Shown here piece by piece: positions 20,047 to 29,004 of a stretch of 64,000 nucleotides of DNA. Location: assembly GCA_020353055.1 (NCBI GenBank), contig CP070686.1, positions 94,804 to 158,803 of the forward strand. The letters run 5' to 3'. Origin of the DNA: a candidate division WOR-3 bacterium (GTDB taxonomy: Bacteria; Hydrothermota; Tepidihabitantia; SM23-42). The notes beneath the pieces are model-generated. The model was given only the letters and a program-made list of their open reading frames with translations, did not search any database and was not told where the DNA came from. A program made the translations under genes and the position numbers. Position 1 is the first letter of the stretch. Every line of letters begins with the position of its first letter.

Positions 20047-21747
20047 CTAATCGGGACCACTCAACATGAGCATTTTTGCCAATTTGAGAGGAATTGAACC
20101 GTGACCGAGTAATTCGTCATGAAATTTTTTCAGATCAAAATTATTACCTCTCAATTCTCTGTATTCTTCCAGCAGATCCTGTATCTGTAATTTGCCAACC
20201 AGATAACTTGATGGCTGTATCGGATTACTGATATATCTCTTGATCTCGCGCGCGTAATATGCTTCACTGCCGCCGAAAGTATCAACCATGAACCGCAAAG
20301 CATCTCCATAACTGAAAGCACCTGTCTGTAATTTAACATCGACGATGATACGCGCTGCCCTGTATCTCACACCTTCCAGTGCGTTGATCAGAGCACCGAT
20401 CGTATCTTCGTAAAGGCCGCTTCTCGCCATCATCTCCTCACAATAAAGCGCCCAACCTTCAACAAAGAAAAAAGTACGAAAGCCCCTGCGTATGGACGAG
20501 GGATGACTATTCGCGATTGACAATTGAAGGTGGTGACCAGGATATGCCTCGTGGACTGCCGATCCACGAAACCAACGATTATATATGTAGTTATAAAAGT
20601 ATTCTGCATCCTCCAATTCAAATCTTCTCGGAAGGGGCGGTGTGTAGAAATAACTCTTCCGGGATCTATCAAACGGACCGGGTGGCATCATGGCCACACC
20701 TGGAATCAACCCTAAAAGGAATGACGGTGTTTCGACGAGCTCGATCTCCCCGATCCACTCTGGTACGGTCACTAATTCCGACCCAGCCACAAATTCCCTT
20801 AAGTCACTCAGTTCCATCTCGCGATATTGCACAACGGACTGCGGCCCAAAATCAGACGGCAGCGTCACCATCTCCTGGCGTGATAGTTCAAGCATATCGC
20901 TTAGGTTATCAATCATAGTAGCAGTCCAGTCGAGGTAGTATGTGCCGATCTTTAGTATGCTGTCTGCGGTTATGTCAACAAGGTGTATGTTGTGTAACTT
21001 GTAGTTGTAGTTATCTTCACCCAGAGCGAACATACCATCCTGGGCCTGGTTTTTCTCCAACCAGTAGGTAAAAACCATCATGGACGCGACCGCTTTCGTT
21101 TTTGCCTGTCGAAATTTAAGCCTACTTTCCTGACTTAATGAATCCTTGTAATATTCAAACATATCTTCAATGAACCGCTCACCCTCGGTCAACTGGTTGA
21201 TCGCCGCATCACACAGGATATATGATGGCTTTTTCAAGTTTTGCCTGGCTGTCTCGAGGAACAATGGCATCTGATTTAAACGGGCAGTGACCGCTGCCAT
21301 CTTGCGTTGTATCGATTCGGCGTAACGAATCATAATTGCGTGAATACTGACTACACAGGATTGCGAATACAACAGTGGATCGTTTGCGTAGATGTTCGCA
21401 GTTTCGAGGTCGAATATTTCATCATGAAGAGAAGCTCGTAGCAGGTGGTAATCCACCCGTTCTTCAACCGAAAGGACAAGCGTATCCAGAGCGCTGAGTT
21501 CGCTTTGAAGCTGCTTAAACCTGCTCAATTTCCATTTAAGTGTCTTATTGGAATAATCCGGCATATTTGTATCGTGTTTATGAACACCTAAATTCGTGGC
21601 GGCGATGGGATGAAAACTCCATATCTCCTCCAGGATCTCCGTTGCCAGCGAGTCAAGCTCTGGAGACCCTGCTGCCGAGGTTATGGAGACCAGCAAAATG
21701 CCAAGTATCATTAGGGTAATTTTCATGTAATGATAGTAACTGGACAA
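20047..21747 (-). CDS. DUF885 family protein (putative metallopeptidase-like), secreted
   Basis: Signal peptide. HEAYPGHHLQ motif characteristic of DUF885. Paralog of the gene at 29005..30627. Confidence 0.65.
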   Translation of the reverse strand: MSSYYHYMKITLMILGILLVSITSAAGSPELDSLATEILEEIWSFHPIAATNLGVHKHDTNMPDYSNKTLKWKLSRFKQLQSELSALDTLVLSVEERVDYHLLRASLHDEIFDLETANIYANDPLLYSQSCVVSIHAIMIRYAESIQRKMAAVTARLNQMPLFLETARQNLKKPSYILCDAAINQLTEGERFIEDMFEYYKDSLSQESRLKFRQAKTKAVASMMVFTYWLEKNQAQDGMFALGEDNYNYKLHNIHLVDITADSILKIGTYYLDWTATMIDNLSDMLELSRQEMVTLPSDFGPQSVVQYREMELSDLREFVAGSELVTVPEWIGEIELVETPSFLLGLIPGVAMMPPGPFDRSRKSYFYTPPLPRRFELEDAEYFYNYIYNRWFRGSAVHEAYPGHHLQLSIANSHPSSIRRGFRTFFFVEGWALYCEEMMARSGLYEDTIGALINALEGVRYRAARIIVDVKLQTGAFSYGDALRFMVDTFGGSEAYYAREIKRYISNPIQPSSYLVGKLQIQDLLEEYRELRGNNFDLKKFHDELLGHGSIPLKLAKMLMLSGPD

Positions 21748-21843
21748 TGTGTTATGTCAAGGGCAGGCAGAACGCGACTGGCTGCAGTTACACGCTAAAC
21801 ATGGAATGTAAGGTGGTAATTAACGGTATATGTTCAGTTGTAA

Positions 21844-22287
21844 TCAACTCTCGGCTTCGGCGCCAACGCGGACGTCACGAACTCTGTTGGCAACTACATA
21901 TATCCGTTCATTATTGCTACCCGGATCAACTGGTATGACGAAGAATCCTTTACGCCCGCGGCTATATCCGAAACTCGTACCCCGAATCACCTCACCGTCG
22001 GGGAACTCAACTTTGACTTTCAGACCTCTCAGCCCCACCGCATCAACGTCACTGAAATCTTTCTTCTCGATGTAGTCCCTATTTCCCTCGAGTGATTTGA
22101 CGAAGAAAACCGCTTTGAGATCCGAGCAATTGATTTCGTAGACATTCCCTCTATCCACCTCGCCTTCCGAGATCAAATGGAATTTTTCTCTAAGTGGCGT
22201 AAAATCGTGCGTGTAACCTTTAAGCAACCTATTATCCTTGAAATGTAGTACTATACGGTTCCTCACAAACTCCGGAGTCTCTTCCAT
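21844..22287 (-). CDS. Conserved hypothetical protein, paralog B
   Basis: AAGGGGG ribosome-binding site. 147 aa. See paralog A. Confidence 0.6.
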   Translation of the reverse strand: MEETPEFVRNRIVLHFKDNRLLKGYTHDFTPLREKFHLISEGEVDRGNVYEINCSDLKAVFFVKSLEGNRDYIEKKDFSDVDAVGLRGLKVKVEFPDGEVIRGTSFGYSRGRKGFFVIPVDPGSNNERIYVVANRVRDVRVGAEAES

Positions 22288-22454
22288 CTAGCCCCCTTTA
22301 TAAAAACGTGAACAAATGATCCTCCGCTCGCCCAACTGAATAATTATACGAAACCTACACCTAGCGTCAAGATACGTGATTTAGGCTTAAATCTCGTTCT
22401 AAACTTCGGTCGACCGATATGATCACTATGTCACTTACTACACACCGTAACATA

Positions 22455-22482
22455 TTGACTTGATGACCACGCGTCGTATAAT
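22455..22482 (+). promoter_or_regulatory. Sigma70-type promoter TTGACT-N16-TATAAT
   Basis: The -10 hexamer ends 8 nt before the ATG of the 22491 gene, which implies a leaderless or near-leaderless mRNA. Confidence 0.4.
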
Positions 22483-22490
22483 AATAGCGT

Positions 22491-23108
22491 ATGGATAAGT
22501 TCATATTGGTGATCGGCATACTCGGCTCCGCCTTGCTGGTGATTGCCCTGGTCGTGCTGATATACTCAATAATCAGAACAGTCAAAAGAGAAAGAAAGGT
22601 CACAAAATTCATTTACTCCCTGCTCACCTCGATCATCATACTCGCGTTTGCTTCTGCTTTCATATATCTTGCTCTTTTCTTACAGACCTTTTCCCGGTAC
22701 ACCCACGAAGAGAAAATCGGCTGGGTTTATGCCGAAACTGCAAATGATAGTACAAGAGTAACTTATTACGACAAAAGGGGAAACCGCATGCATTTCTTCA
22801 CTACAGCAGGCGATCAATGGGTGATAGAAGGTTATTTCTTGAGATGGGGTACTGTTCTGCGCTGGTTCGGTGCTGGTGCCTATTATCGCGTCACGCGGCT
22901 CAGTGGCCGGTGGGAGAAAGAAGAAGCGAAGATTGTATCAATCTACAGAATACACCCGGAAGAGCAACTCTGGAGATTTCTCCTCAAGCACGCCGAAAAA
23001 ATCCCGGGTGTGGACACCGCATACGGGATCGCAGCATTTCAATACTCAAGTGCGGATACCTTCTATCTGTACATCAACGACACCGGTTTTATTCTAAGAA
23101 AGCATTAA
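22491..23108 (+). CDS. Membrane protein, hypothetical
   Basis: Two N-terminal TM helices, then a soluble domain. No recognisable motif. Confidence 0.45.
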   Translation: MDKFILVIGILGSALLVIALVVLIYSIIRTVKRERKVTKFIYSLLTSIIILAFASAFIYLALFLQTFSRYTHEEKIGWVYAETANDSTRVTYYDKRGNRMHFFTTAGDQWVIEGYFLRWGTVLRWFGAGAYYRVTRLSGRWEKEEAKIVSIYRIHPEEQLWRFLLKHAEKIPGVDTAYGIAAFQYSSADTFYLYINDTGFILRKH

Positions 23109-23177
23109 AGTTCTGCACCCAAAAAGTCGCTGACATTCAAGGCATTGGCCTTATTTCTTTGCCCCAAAAGATATCCA

Positions 23178-24011
23178 TCAATGAGTCAACCCGTAAAGTC
23201 TAACGTCACCATTTGAAGTACCAACATTAATCAAGCTGCCACCGTCCCCAAGCTTGCCCTTAAGCACGGTCGAAGTCACAGAGGTTGCGTTGAACCGGGA
23301 TTCCAGCGCAAGATCCTTCACATATACCTTGCCCATAGACGTTGCCGCATTGATGTCGGCATTCAATTGGTCGTTGATTCGAAGATCTATTGATCCATTG
23401 CTGGTGGTGATGTCAGTACCCTCTTCAGGTATACTGTAAATCTCTACATGGACATCACCATTTGAGGTATGTGCTTCAAGCACTGCGGCCGTTTTCTCGA
23501 TATCTATTTCGCCATTGGATGTCTCCACATACACAGTCCCCTCAACATCCTTTAAATCGATATCACCGTTGGACGTCATCACCTCTGTATCGCCCCGCGT
23601 CCCATTGAGTTCTATGTTGCCGTTTGAAGTTCTCACATTTTGGACAACTAAACTTCGGGGAACTCTGATGGTATAAGTGACTGACACGCGGGTGTTCTTC
23701 TCAAGGTACTTCGTTCGTATGTACATCATATCATCAATGATGACCTCGATATCGACCTTGGATAACTCCTCCTGACCGTGATTCGTCTTCTTCTTTGCGT
23801 AGACCTCGACAAAACCCTCTGTCCACTGACTTATCCTAATGTCTCCATTAGCATTATGAACCTGCATTTGCGTACCAGATGGAACTTCGTAGGTTTCGCG
23901 GAATTCTTCGGTTTTCTCGAAGAAACCGAAGAGAGTATTAGCCACATTACCGGCAACGGAGGGACTGGACAGCTGAGCTGCAAGCAATGTCAATGCAATG
24001 ATATTTGTCAT
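23178..24011 (-). CDS. DUF4097-like putative adhesin (repeated TSNG(D/E)I beta-strands)
   Basis: Repeats TSNGDIDL, TSNGEIDI, TSNGDVHV, TSNGSIDL. GGGAGG ribosome-binding site before the internal ATG at 24011. Confidence 0.55.
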   Translation of the reverse strand: MTNIIALTLLAAQLSSPSVAGNVANTLFGFFEKTEEFRETYEVPSGTQMQVHNANGDIRISQWTEGFVEVYAKKKTNHGQEELSKVDIEVIIDDMMYIRTKYLEKNTRVSVTYTIRVPRSLVVQNVRTSNGNIELNGTRGDTEVMTSNGDIDLKDVEGTVYVETSNGEIDIEKTAAVLEAHTSNGDVHVEIYSIPEEGTDITTSNGSIDLRINDQLNADINAATSMGKVYVKDLALESRFNATSVTSTVLKGKLGDGGSLINVGTSNGDVRLYGLTH

Positions 24012-24256
24012 AAGACCTCCCTGTTTGGTGGAAAAACCACATTTCCTCACGTTATCTTTATAATATGTATACGCAGAAAAGAGCAGAATGTTTCAGTCAT
24101 CATGTTCATGTATGAAGGGAAATGATCTTGCTGGAGAATTCTGAAATGTTGTTATTTCGTACCTAATGACGGCGAGCGCGAATTGACCCTCGCCGCATTC
24201 AGCATTAAGAACGCTATCAATTATGGTCGACGATAAAAATTCGCTGATTCTTTATA

Positions 24257-24463
24257 CTACGAGGCCTTTTTCTTGGACGAGATTCCGAAGATGAGGTACA
24301 AGGGACAAAAGCCGAACACACTGGTGGCAAAGAAAATAATCGCAATAATTCCCAGAATGACTGCCAGGGAGCCCTTCAGCACACCAGCAATGAGCAATAT
24401 CACAATTATCAGAGTGATCAATAACCTGATAACACGATCCCATGAACCCATATTTAACTTCAT
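24257..24463 (-). CDS. DUF2892 (YgaP-like) small membrane protein
   Basis: FGFCPLYLIFGIS motif. 68 aa. Two TM helices. Confidence 0.55.
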   Translation of the reverse strand: MKLNMGSWDRVIRLLITLIIVILLIAGVLKGSLAVILGIIAIIFFATSVFGFCPLYLIFGISSKKKAS

Positions 24464-24554
24464 CTTATCCCCCTTTTATATAAAAGTGGGTGAAAAATAA
24501 CCGAGCCTCCCATGCTGAAACATGAGAGGCTCGAAATCACCCTTCCAAAAAGTA

Positions 24555-25133
24555 TTAGAAATTCTCCGCGAGCACCTCGTAGAATGATTCCGGGTGCTTA
24601 CAGGCAGGGCACTCTTTGGGCGGCTCCGTACCTTCATGCACGTACCCACAATTCCTACAGTGCCATTTTACCGCTGTCTTTTTCTTGAAAACCTCTTTAT
24701 TCGCAACATTCTCTATTAGCTTTCTGTAGCGCGACTCATGGAATTTTTCAACCTTCGCGATCTGCTCGAAAGAATTTGCAATATCATCGAAACCCTCTTC
24801 CTTCGCCACTCTGGCAAAATCCGCATAGATGGTAGTCCATTCCATTTTCTCACCCGCTGCCGCTGCTTCAAGATTCGCTTTCGTATCACCGATAACTCCT
24901 GCCGGATATCCGGCAGTGATTTCAACATCACCACCTTCGAGATGTTTGAAAAACACCTTGGCATGTTCCTTTTCATTGTCGGCAGTTTCAAGGAAGATCG
25001 CACTGATCTGTTCAAACCCTTCCTTACGTGCCTTTGAAGCAAAATAAGTGTAACGGTTTCTTGCTTGCGACTCGCCGGCAAAAGAAGCCAGTAAATTCTT
25101 CTCGGTCTTTGTGCCTTTTATTGATTTACCCAT
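24555..25133 (-). CDS. rbr: Rubrerythrin
   Basis: Ferritin-like diiron ExxH motifs plus a C-terminal rubredoxin-like CxxC...CxxC (CRNCGYVHEG...CPACKHP). AAGGAGG ribosome-binding site. Confidence 0.9.
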   Translation of the reverse strand: MGKSIKGTKTEKNLLASFAGESQARNRYTYFASKARKEGFEQISAIFLETADNEKEHAKVFFKHLEGGDVEITAGYPAGVIGDTKANLEAAAAGEKMEWTTIYADFARVAKEEGFDDIANSFEQIAKVEKFHESRYRKLIENVANKEVFKKKTAVKWHCRNCGYVHEGTEPPKECPACKHPESFYEVLAENF

Positions 25134-25497
25134 ATTAGAACCTCCTTATTTCCTTTCTACCCTTATCTTTTCATAAATAGTCTATTGTCGAGATAAACCA
25201 GCTGACGCTCACCCAGGATAACCGAAATGCTAACGTACTACAAGCATAGCCATTTCTTAACCATTGTCAATAATCCATGAGCGAACCATTACTCAGCCCC
25301 GATCCAATTCACAAAATCTGTCGAATATGCGGCATAACGCGGCTCGTATATTCGCTGGCTGAAATATCCCCATCCTGATCATAGGCAAAGATGAATGCCG
25401 GACGCAGTAAATACACGGCAAATGCATATTTTTTTATCGTCATTCCCCTGTTTTCGAGTATAAAAAGAATTTGCTGTTTGTCAATCAAGCCGGACTG

Positions 25498-25526
25498 TTG
25501 AAAATACAGTAACTATGTGTTATAGT
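25498..25526 (+). promoter_or_regulatory. Sigma70-type promoter TTGAAA-N17-TATAGT
   Basis: Read directly from the sequence. The predicted transcription start lies at about 25532, some 165 nt upstream of the 2H phosphoesterase ATG. Confidence 0.4.
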
Positions 25527-25698
25527 ACTCGGTGCCAAAGAAGAAAATCAAGATCCGTATCAAGAGAGGCATAAAACAGCGCTCACCACATAAGCCAACT
25601 CGTGTCCACAGGGACAAAACAAAATACACACGTAAGGGACGCAGGGCGAACCGGCGACGTAAGGAACTCATCGGGGAATTAAAGAAGAATAAGGAACA

Positions 25699-26235
25699 AT
25701 GAAGGCGGATCGGAAAAAAGAATTGTATTCGCTTTGGCTCATGCCTGCCGGAGAAATCGCGGACCGGCTACAAGCCATGATCATACGATTCAGTCACGAA
25801 CACTCGACGCCCAAATTCAAGCCACATGTTACATTGATCGGAGAATTGAACATCCGTGAAGCCACCGCCATCGCCAGGACACGCGAACTGGCATCGCAGA
25901 TCGAACCATTTATCATCACGCTGGGTGAGGTTACTCATCTTAACCGCTACTTCAGATGCGTTTTCATCAAAGCAGAAAAGACGCCAGAATTGATGAATGC
26001 GCATTCAATCGCACGGGGGGTTTTTGGACAGAAAGACGTAGAAATATATCTGCCACATCTGAGTCTGGTATATGGGGACTTAAACTTTCGAGCAAGGCAG
26101 AGTGTAATCCGCTGCACAGGTCATACGATGAAAATCGAATTTTCTGTAAGAGAAATCTTTCTTTATTACACAGGCGGTATACCAAGAGACTGGCATTGCG
26201 TATCAAGGATGCCGAACGGCCGCAGCATTCGGTAA
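25699..26235 (+). CDS. 2H phosphoesterase superfamily protein (cyclic phosphodiesterase/CPDase-like)
   Basis: Two HxT/SxL motifs (HVTLIG and HLSLVY). N-terminus KELYSLWLMP resembles CPDase family proteins. Confidence 0.65.
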   Translation: MKADRKKELYSLWLMPAGEIADRLQAMIIRFSHEHSTPKFKPHVTLIGELNIREATAIARTRELASQIEPFIITLGEVTHLNRYFRCVFIKAEKTPELMNAHSIARGVFGQKDVEIYLPHLSLVYGDLNFRARQSVIRCTGHTMKIEFSVREIFLYYTGGIPRDWHCVSRMPNGRSIR

Positions 26236-26313
26236 ATCAAGTACAGGCATCCAAGATCACGAGCCCCTGGTTCATAGAATATCATATTCTACAGAGTCGT
26301 AATTCAGATCACA

Positions 26314-27720
26314 TCAACTTATTGTCTTACCGGTCCAGCAATATGTACACAGATTCTTTGCAGGCAGACCGGTCGCTGTCATCATGTCTTCAAGCGTTTG
26401 ATACCTCAACGAGGTGACGTTCAAATCATTCTCCATGGCGGTTATCATCTTTTTGTATTCATCTGAATGAAGATCAAGGTAAGGTTCAACATCATCCAAA
26501 TGTCTTCCATGGAATTGCTTTATTATTCGACGCGCGAACAACTCGTCGAGTTGACGTGTTGAGTAAAGAAATTTGCACGGAAACATGAGGGGCGGGCAGG
26601 CAGGACGAACGTGTACTTCTCTTGCTCCGGCGTTCCAGAGTTTCACTAGCAAATAGTTTTTCAACTGAGTGCCGCGCACAATTGAATCTTCGGTTATCAC
26701 CATTCTCTGGTCCTTTATCAGAACATCGGCCGTGATCTGCTTCATCAAAGCAATTAGATCTCTCGTCTCTTGCGCGGGTGGTACGTAGCTTCTCGCCCAG
26801 CCAGGAGTATACTTGAGAAGAGGGATCTTAACCGGCACGCCCGATTCATGCGAATAACCGTGTGCATACGCCGTTCCTGAATCAGCGATGCCGGCAACGA
26901 AATCAACACGGGCACTATCATTCTTAGCGATGATCCTACCCGACTTCTCCCTGAAAGCTTCAACATTCTCACCTTCATATTCAGACGCCGGGAATCCCGC
27001 ATAGACGAACAAGAAAGTACATAATTGCAGAACGTCATTCGGCCGCCTCAATTGAGTGTATCCCGTGGAGTCCAACAGGACAATCTCACCCGAGCCCAAA
27101 TCTCTTTCGGTCACGAAACCGAGGTTCTTATATGAACACGTCTCAGTGGCGACAAACCAGGCCCCGTCTCTTTTGGCCAGAACAAGCGGCGTGCGTCCGT
27201 ACTTATCACGGGCCGCATAAATACCCTCTCTTCCCAGCAGTAACAGAGACATAGACCCGTCTATTTGTTCATGCATGTAATCGATCCCTTCAACCAGGGT
27301 CTTGCCTTTGTTTATCAATTTTGCTGCTAGTTCGATCTGATTCACTTTGCCACCAGGCATTTCAGAAAAAACAACGCCCTCGTCTATCAACCCGGCGGCC
27401 AATTCATCCTGGTTGTTTATATAGCCTGTACCGCACAGCGCATACTCGCCAAACTTTAATCTCATTATGAGCGGCTGTGTGTCCCGGTCGCTTATCACAC
27501 CAATACCGGCATTGCCCCGCATGTTGATGAAATCAATGTCCTCGCTGAAACGAGATTTAAATTGAGCCCTGGCAATACTATGTATTTTCTTTACGAGAAC
27601 CGTGCCGTCTGAGATGGCTATGCCACCGAACGATGTACCCAGATGTGAATGATAGTCGGTCGCATAAAAAAGGTCATCCCTGCAATCTGTATTTGAAACG
27701 ATCCCAACGATCCCACTCAC
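26314..27720 (-). CDS. Amidophosphoribosyltransferase (PurF)-like protein with divergent N-terminal domain (Cys1 replaced by Ser)
   Basis: GTG start after an AAGGAGG ribosome-binding site. The PRTase domain motifs EDSIVRGTQ and VHVRPACPPLMFPC are PurF-like. The N-terminus reads MSGIVGIV instead of MCGIVGI. Confidence 0.7.
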   Translation of the reverse strand: MSGIVGIVSNTDCRDDLFYATDYHSHLGTSFGGIAISDGTVLVKKIHSIARAQFKSRFSEDIDFINMRGNAGIGVISDRDTQPLIMRLKFGEYALCGTGYINNQDELAAGLIDEGVVFSEMPGGKVNQIELAAKLINKGKTLVEGIDYMHEQIDGSMSLLLLGREGIYAARDKYGRTPLVLAKRDGAWFVATETCSYKNLGFVTERDLGSGEIVLLDSTGYTQLRRPNDVLQLCTFLFVYAGFPASEYEGENVEAFREKSGRIIAKNDSARVDFVAGIADSGTAYAHGYSHESGVPVKIPLLKYTPGWARSYVPPAQETRDLIALMKQITADVLIKDQRMVITEDSIVRGTQLKNYLLVKLWNAGAREVHVRPACPPLMFPCKFLYSTRQLDELFARRIIKQFHGRHLDDVEPYLDLHSDEYKKMITAMENDLNVTSLRYQTLEDMMTATGLPAKNLCTYCWTGKTIS

Positions 27721-27832
27721 TGAGATACCTCCTTTCTATGATCCTCTGAACCCACCGCATAATCCACAATTACTTTTATCCTGGTGGTGTCTATCCTTGG
27801 CAAGCAAGATGCCGAAGGCAATAAGGTAACAT

Positions 27833-27860
27833 ATTATAACTGTGATATTTTTGGGGTCAA
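27833..27860 (-). promoter_or_regulatory. Sigma70-type promoter (TTGACC-N16-TATAAT on the minus strand) for the purF-like gene
   Basis: Found on the reverse complement. It leaves a 5'UTR of about 105 nt. Confidence 0.4.
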
Positions 27861-27904
27861 GTGCAAAGACGAAAATCAATTATCAGAGAATCCAGATGCG
27901 TCTG

Positions 27905-28834
27905 TTAGTCCTCGAATATTCTTACATCATCAAAATGTACTATGCCTGGGGCTCCGTATTCGGTGGCGATCGCGAACGTATCCGCCCACTCGCAAGGAAC
28001 CGCCGGCAGGTCAAATACGACCTGAACACCGTCGATCCACACATTCATAAGGAGTCCAACATAATCTAATGACACCTTTACAGAATACCACGTATCATAT
28101 AACCAAGCCTGGCCAGTGCTATCCTCGACCGCACCGTGAACGTAAATGAGGCCATCAGCGTATTCAAACATAACTCCGTTGTAGATCATGCCACAAGTAG
28201 GATTAAGCAGCGTGAAAAACCCAACCAGCGCGCCTGCCGAATAAGACGAGGGAATCATCAAACTCAACTCATAAGTGAGGTGCTGTATGTCGGCGAGATT
28301 CAACCCCACACCATCGGTCCTGACCCAATCACCAAGCCCACGCAAACGAAAACTCTGCGTGCCGCTGTGCGCGACATCGGCGTCGACATACGTGTGGTTG
28401 CTGCCGGCACCTGCCCATATCTCGAACCAACCAGCATCAGGATAGGCACCAGGAAGATACGGTTCAAAGTCGTCGGCGAAAAGCGTATCTCCGTTGCAGA
28501 CAGTAACCAGAACAGAATCAGAACACAACTCGTTACCCTTCCGGTCGCACGCTGTTGCCGACAGAAAGTGTTCGGTACTGTCGGCAAGAAGAAACGTATT
28601 CCAACAGCAAAAGAACGGCGCCGCAGTGCAAGTATCAATACATATATCATCAACATAAAAAACAACACGCACGGCGTTGTCACTTGTGCTGGCCTCGACC
28701 CTGATTATACCGCTCGTCAGGGAGCCTTCAACAGGATATGTTATGCGGACTTCAAGGGGATCCTCACCGCACTGCAATATCAGTAACGACGCCAGTGATG
28801 CGATCAATATAGATTGCTTCATATATTCTTCCAT
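27905..28834 (-). CDS. Lipoprotein with Ig-like and LamG/jelly-roll-like domains, hypothetical
   Basis: Lipobox LILQCG. Cys-rich N-terminal domain. No catalytic motif. Confidence 0.45.
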   Translation of the reverse strand: MEEYMKQSILIASLASLLILQCGEDPLEVRITYPVEGSLTSGIIRVEASTSDNAVRVVFYVDDICIDTCTAAPFFCCWNTFLLADSTEHFLSATACDRKGNELCSDSVLVTVCNGDTLFADDFEPYLPGAYPDAGWFEIWAGAGSNHTYVDADVAHSGTQSFRLRGLGDWVRTDGVGLNLADIQHLTYELSLMIPSSYSAGALVGFFTLLNPTCGMIYNGVMFEYADGLIYVHGAVEDSTGQAWLYDTWYSVKVSLDYVGLLMNVWIDGVQVVFDLPAVPCEWADTFAIATEYGAPGIVHFDDVRIFED

Positions 28835-29004
28835 TTACTCCTGAGTCCCATCCGGAAAATTCTATATTTGAAACGGCTGCTGTCAAGCGCAGTGTTTTGG
28901 ATGAATGTTGAACTTGACAACTGGAAGCAGGTGCATATTCTATATAGTGGCAAATCTGATAGTATAAGATCGCATACTCATTGACAGACAGAATAGGAGG
29001 TAAA

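Noticed and set aside
24150-24185. Hairpin GCGGCGAG...CTCGCCGTC downstream of the DUF2892 gene as a terminator
   Set aside because: Imperfect stem and no U-tract on the relevant strand. Too weak to call.
25160-25185. AATAGTCTATT palindrome in the rubrerythrin promoter as a PerR/Fur box
   Set aside because: It does not match the PerR/Fur consensus well enough, and no regulator gene is adjacent.
27721-27904. Possible purine riboswitch in the purF-like 5'UTR
   Set aside because: The leader lacks the conserved purine-aptamer elements. Only a promoter and a weak hairpin are present.
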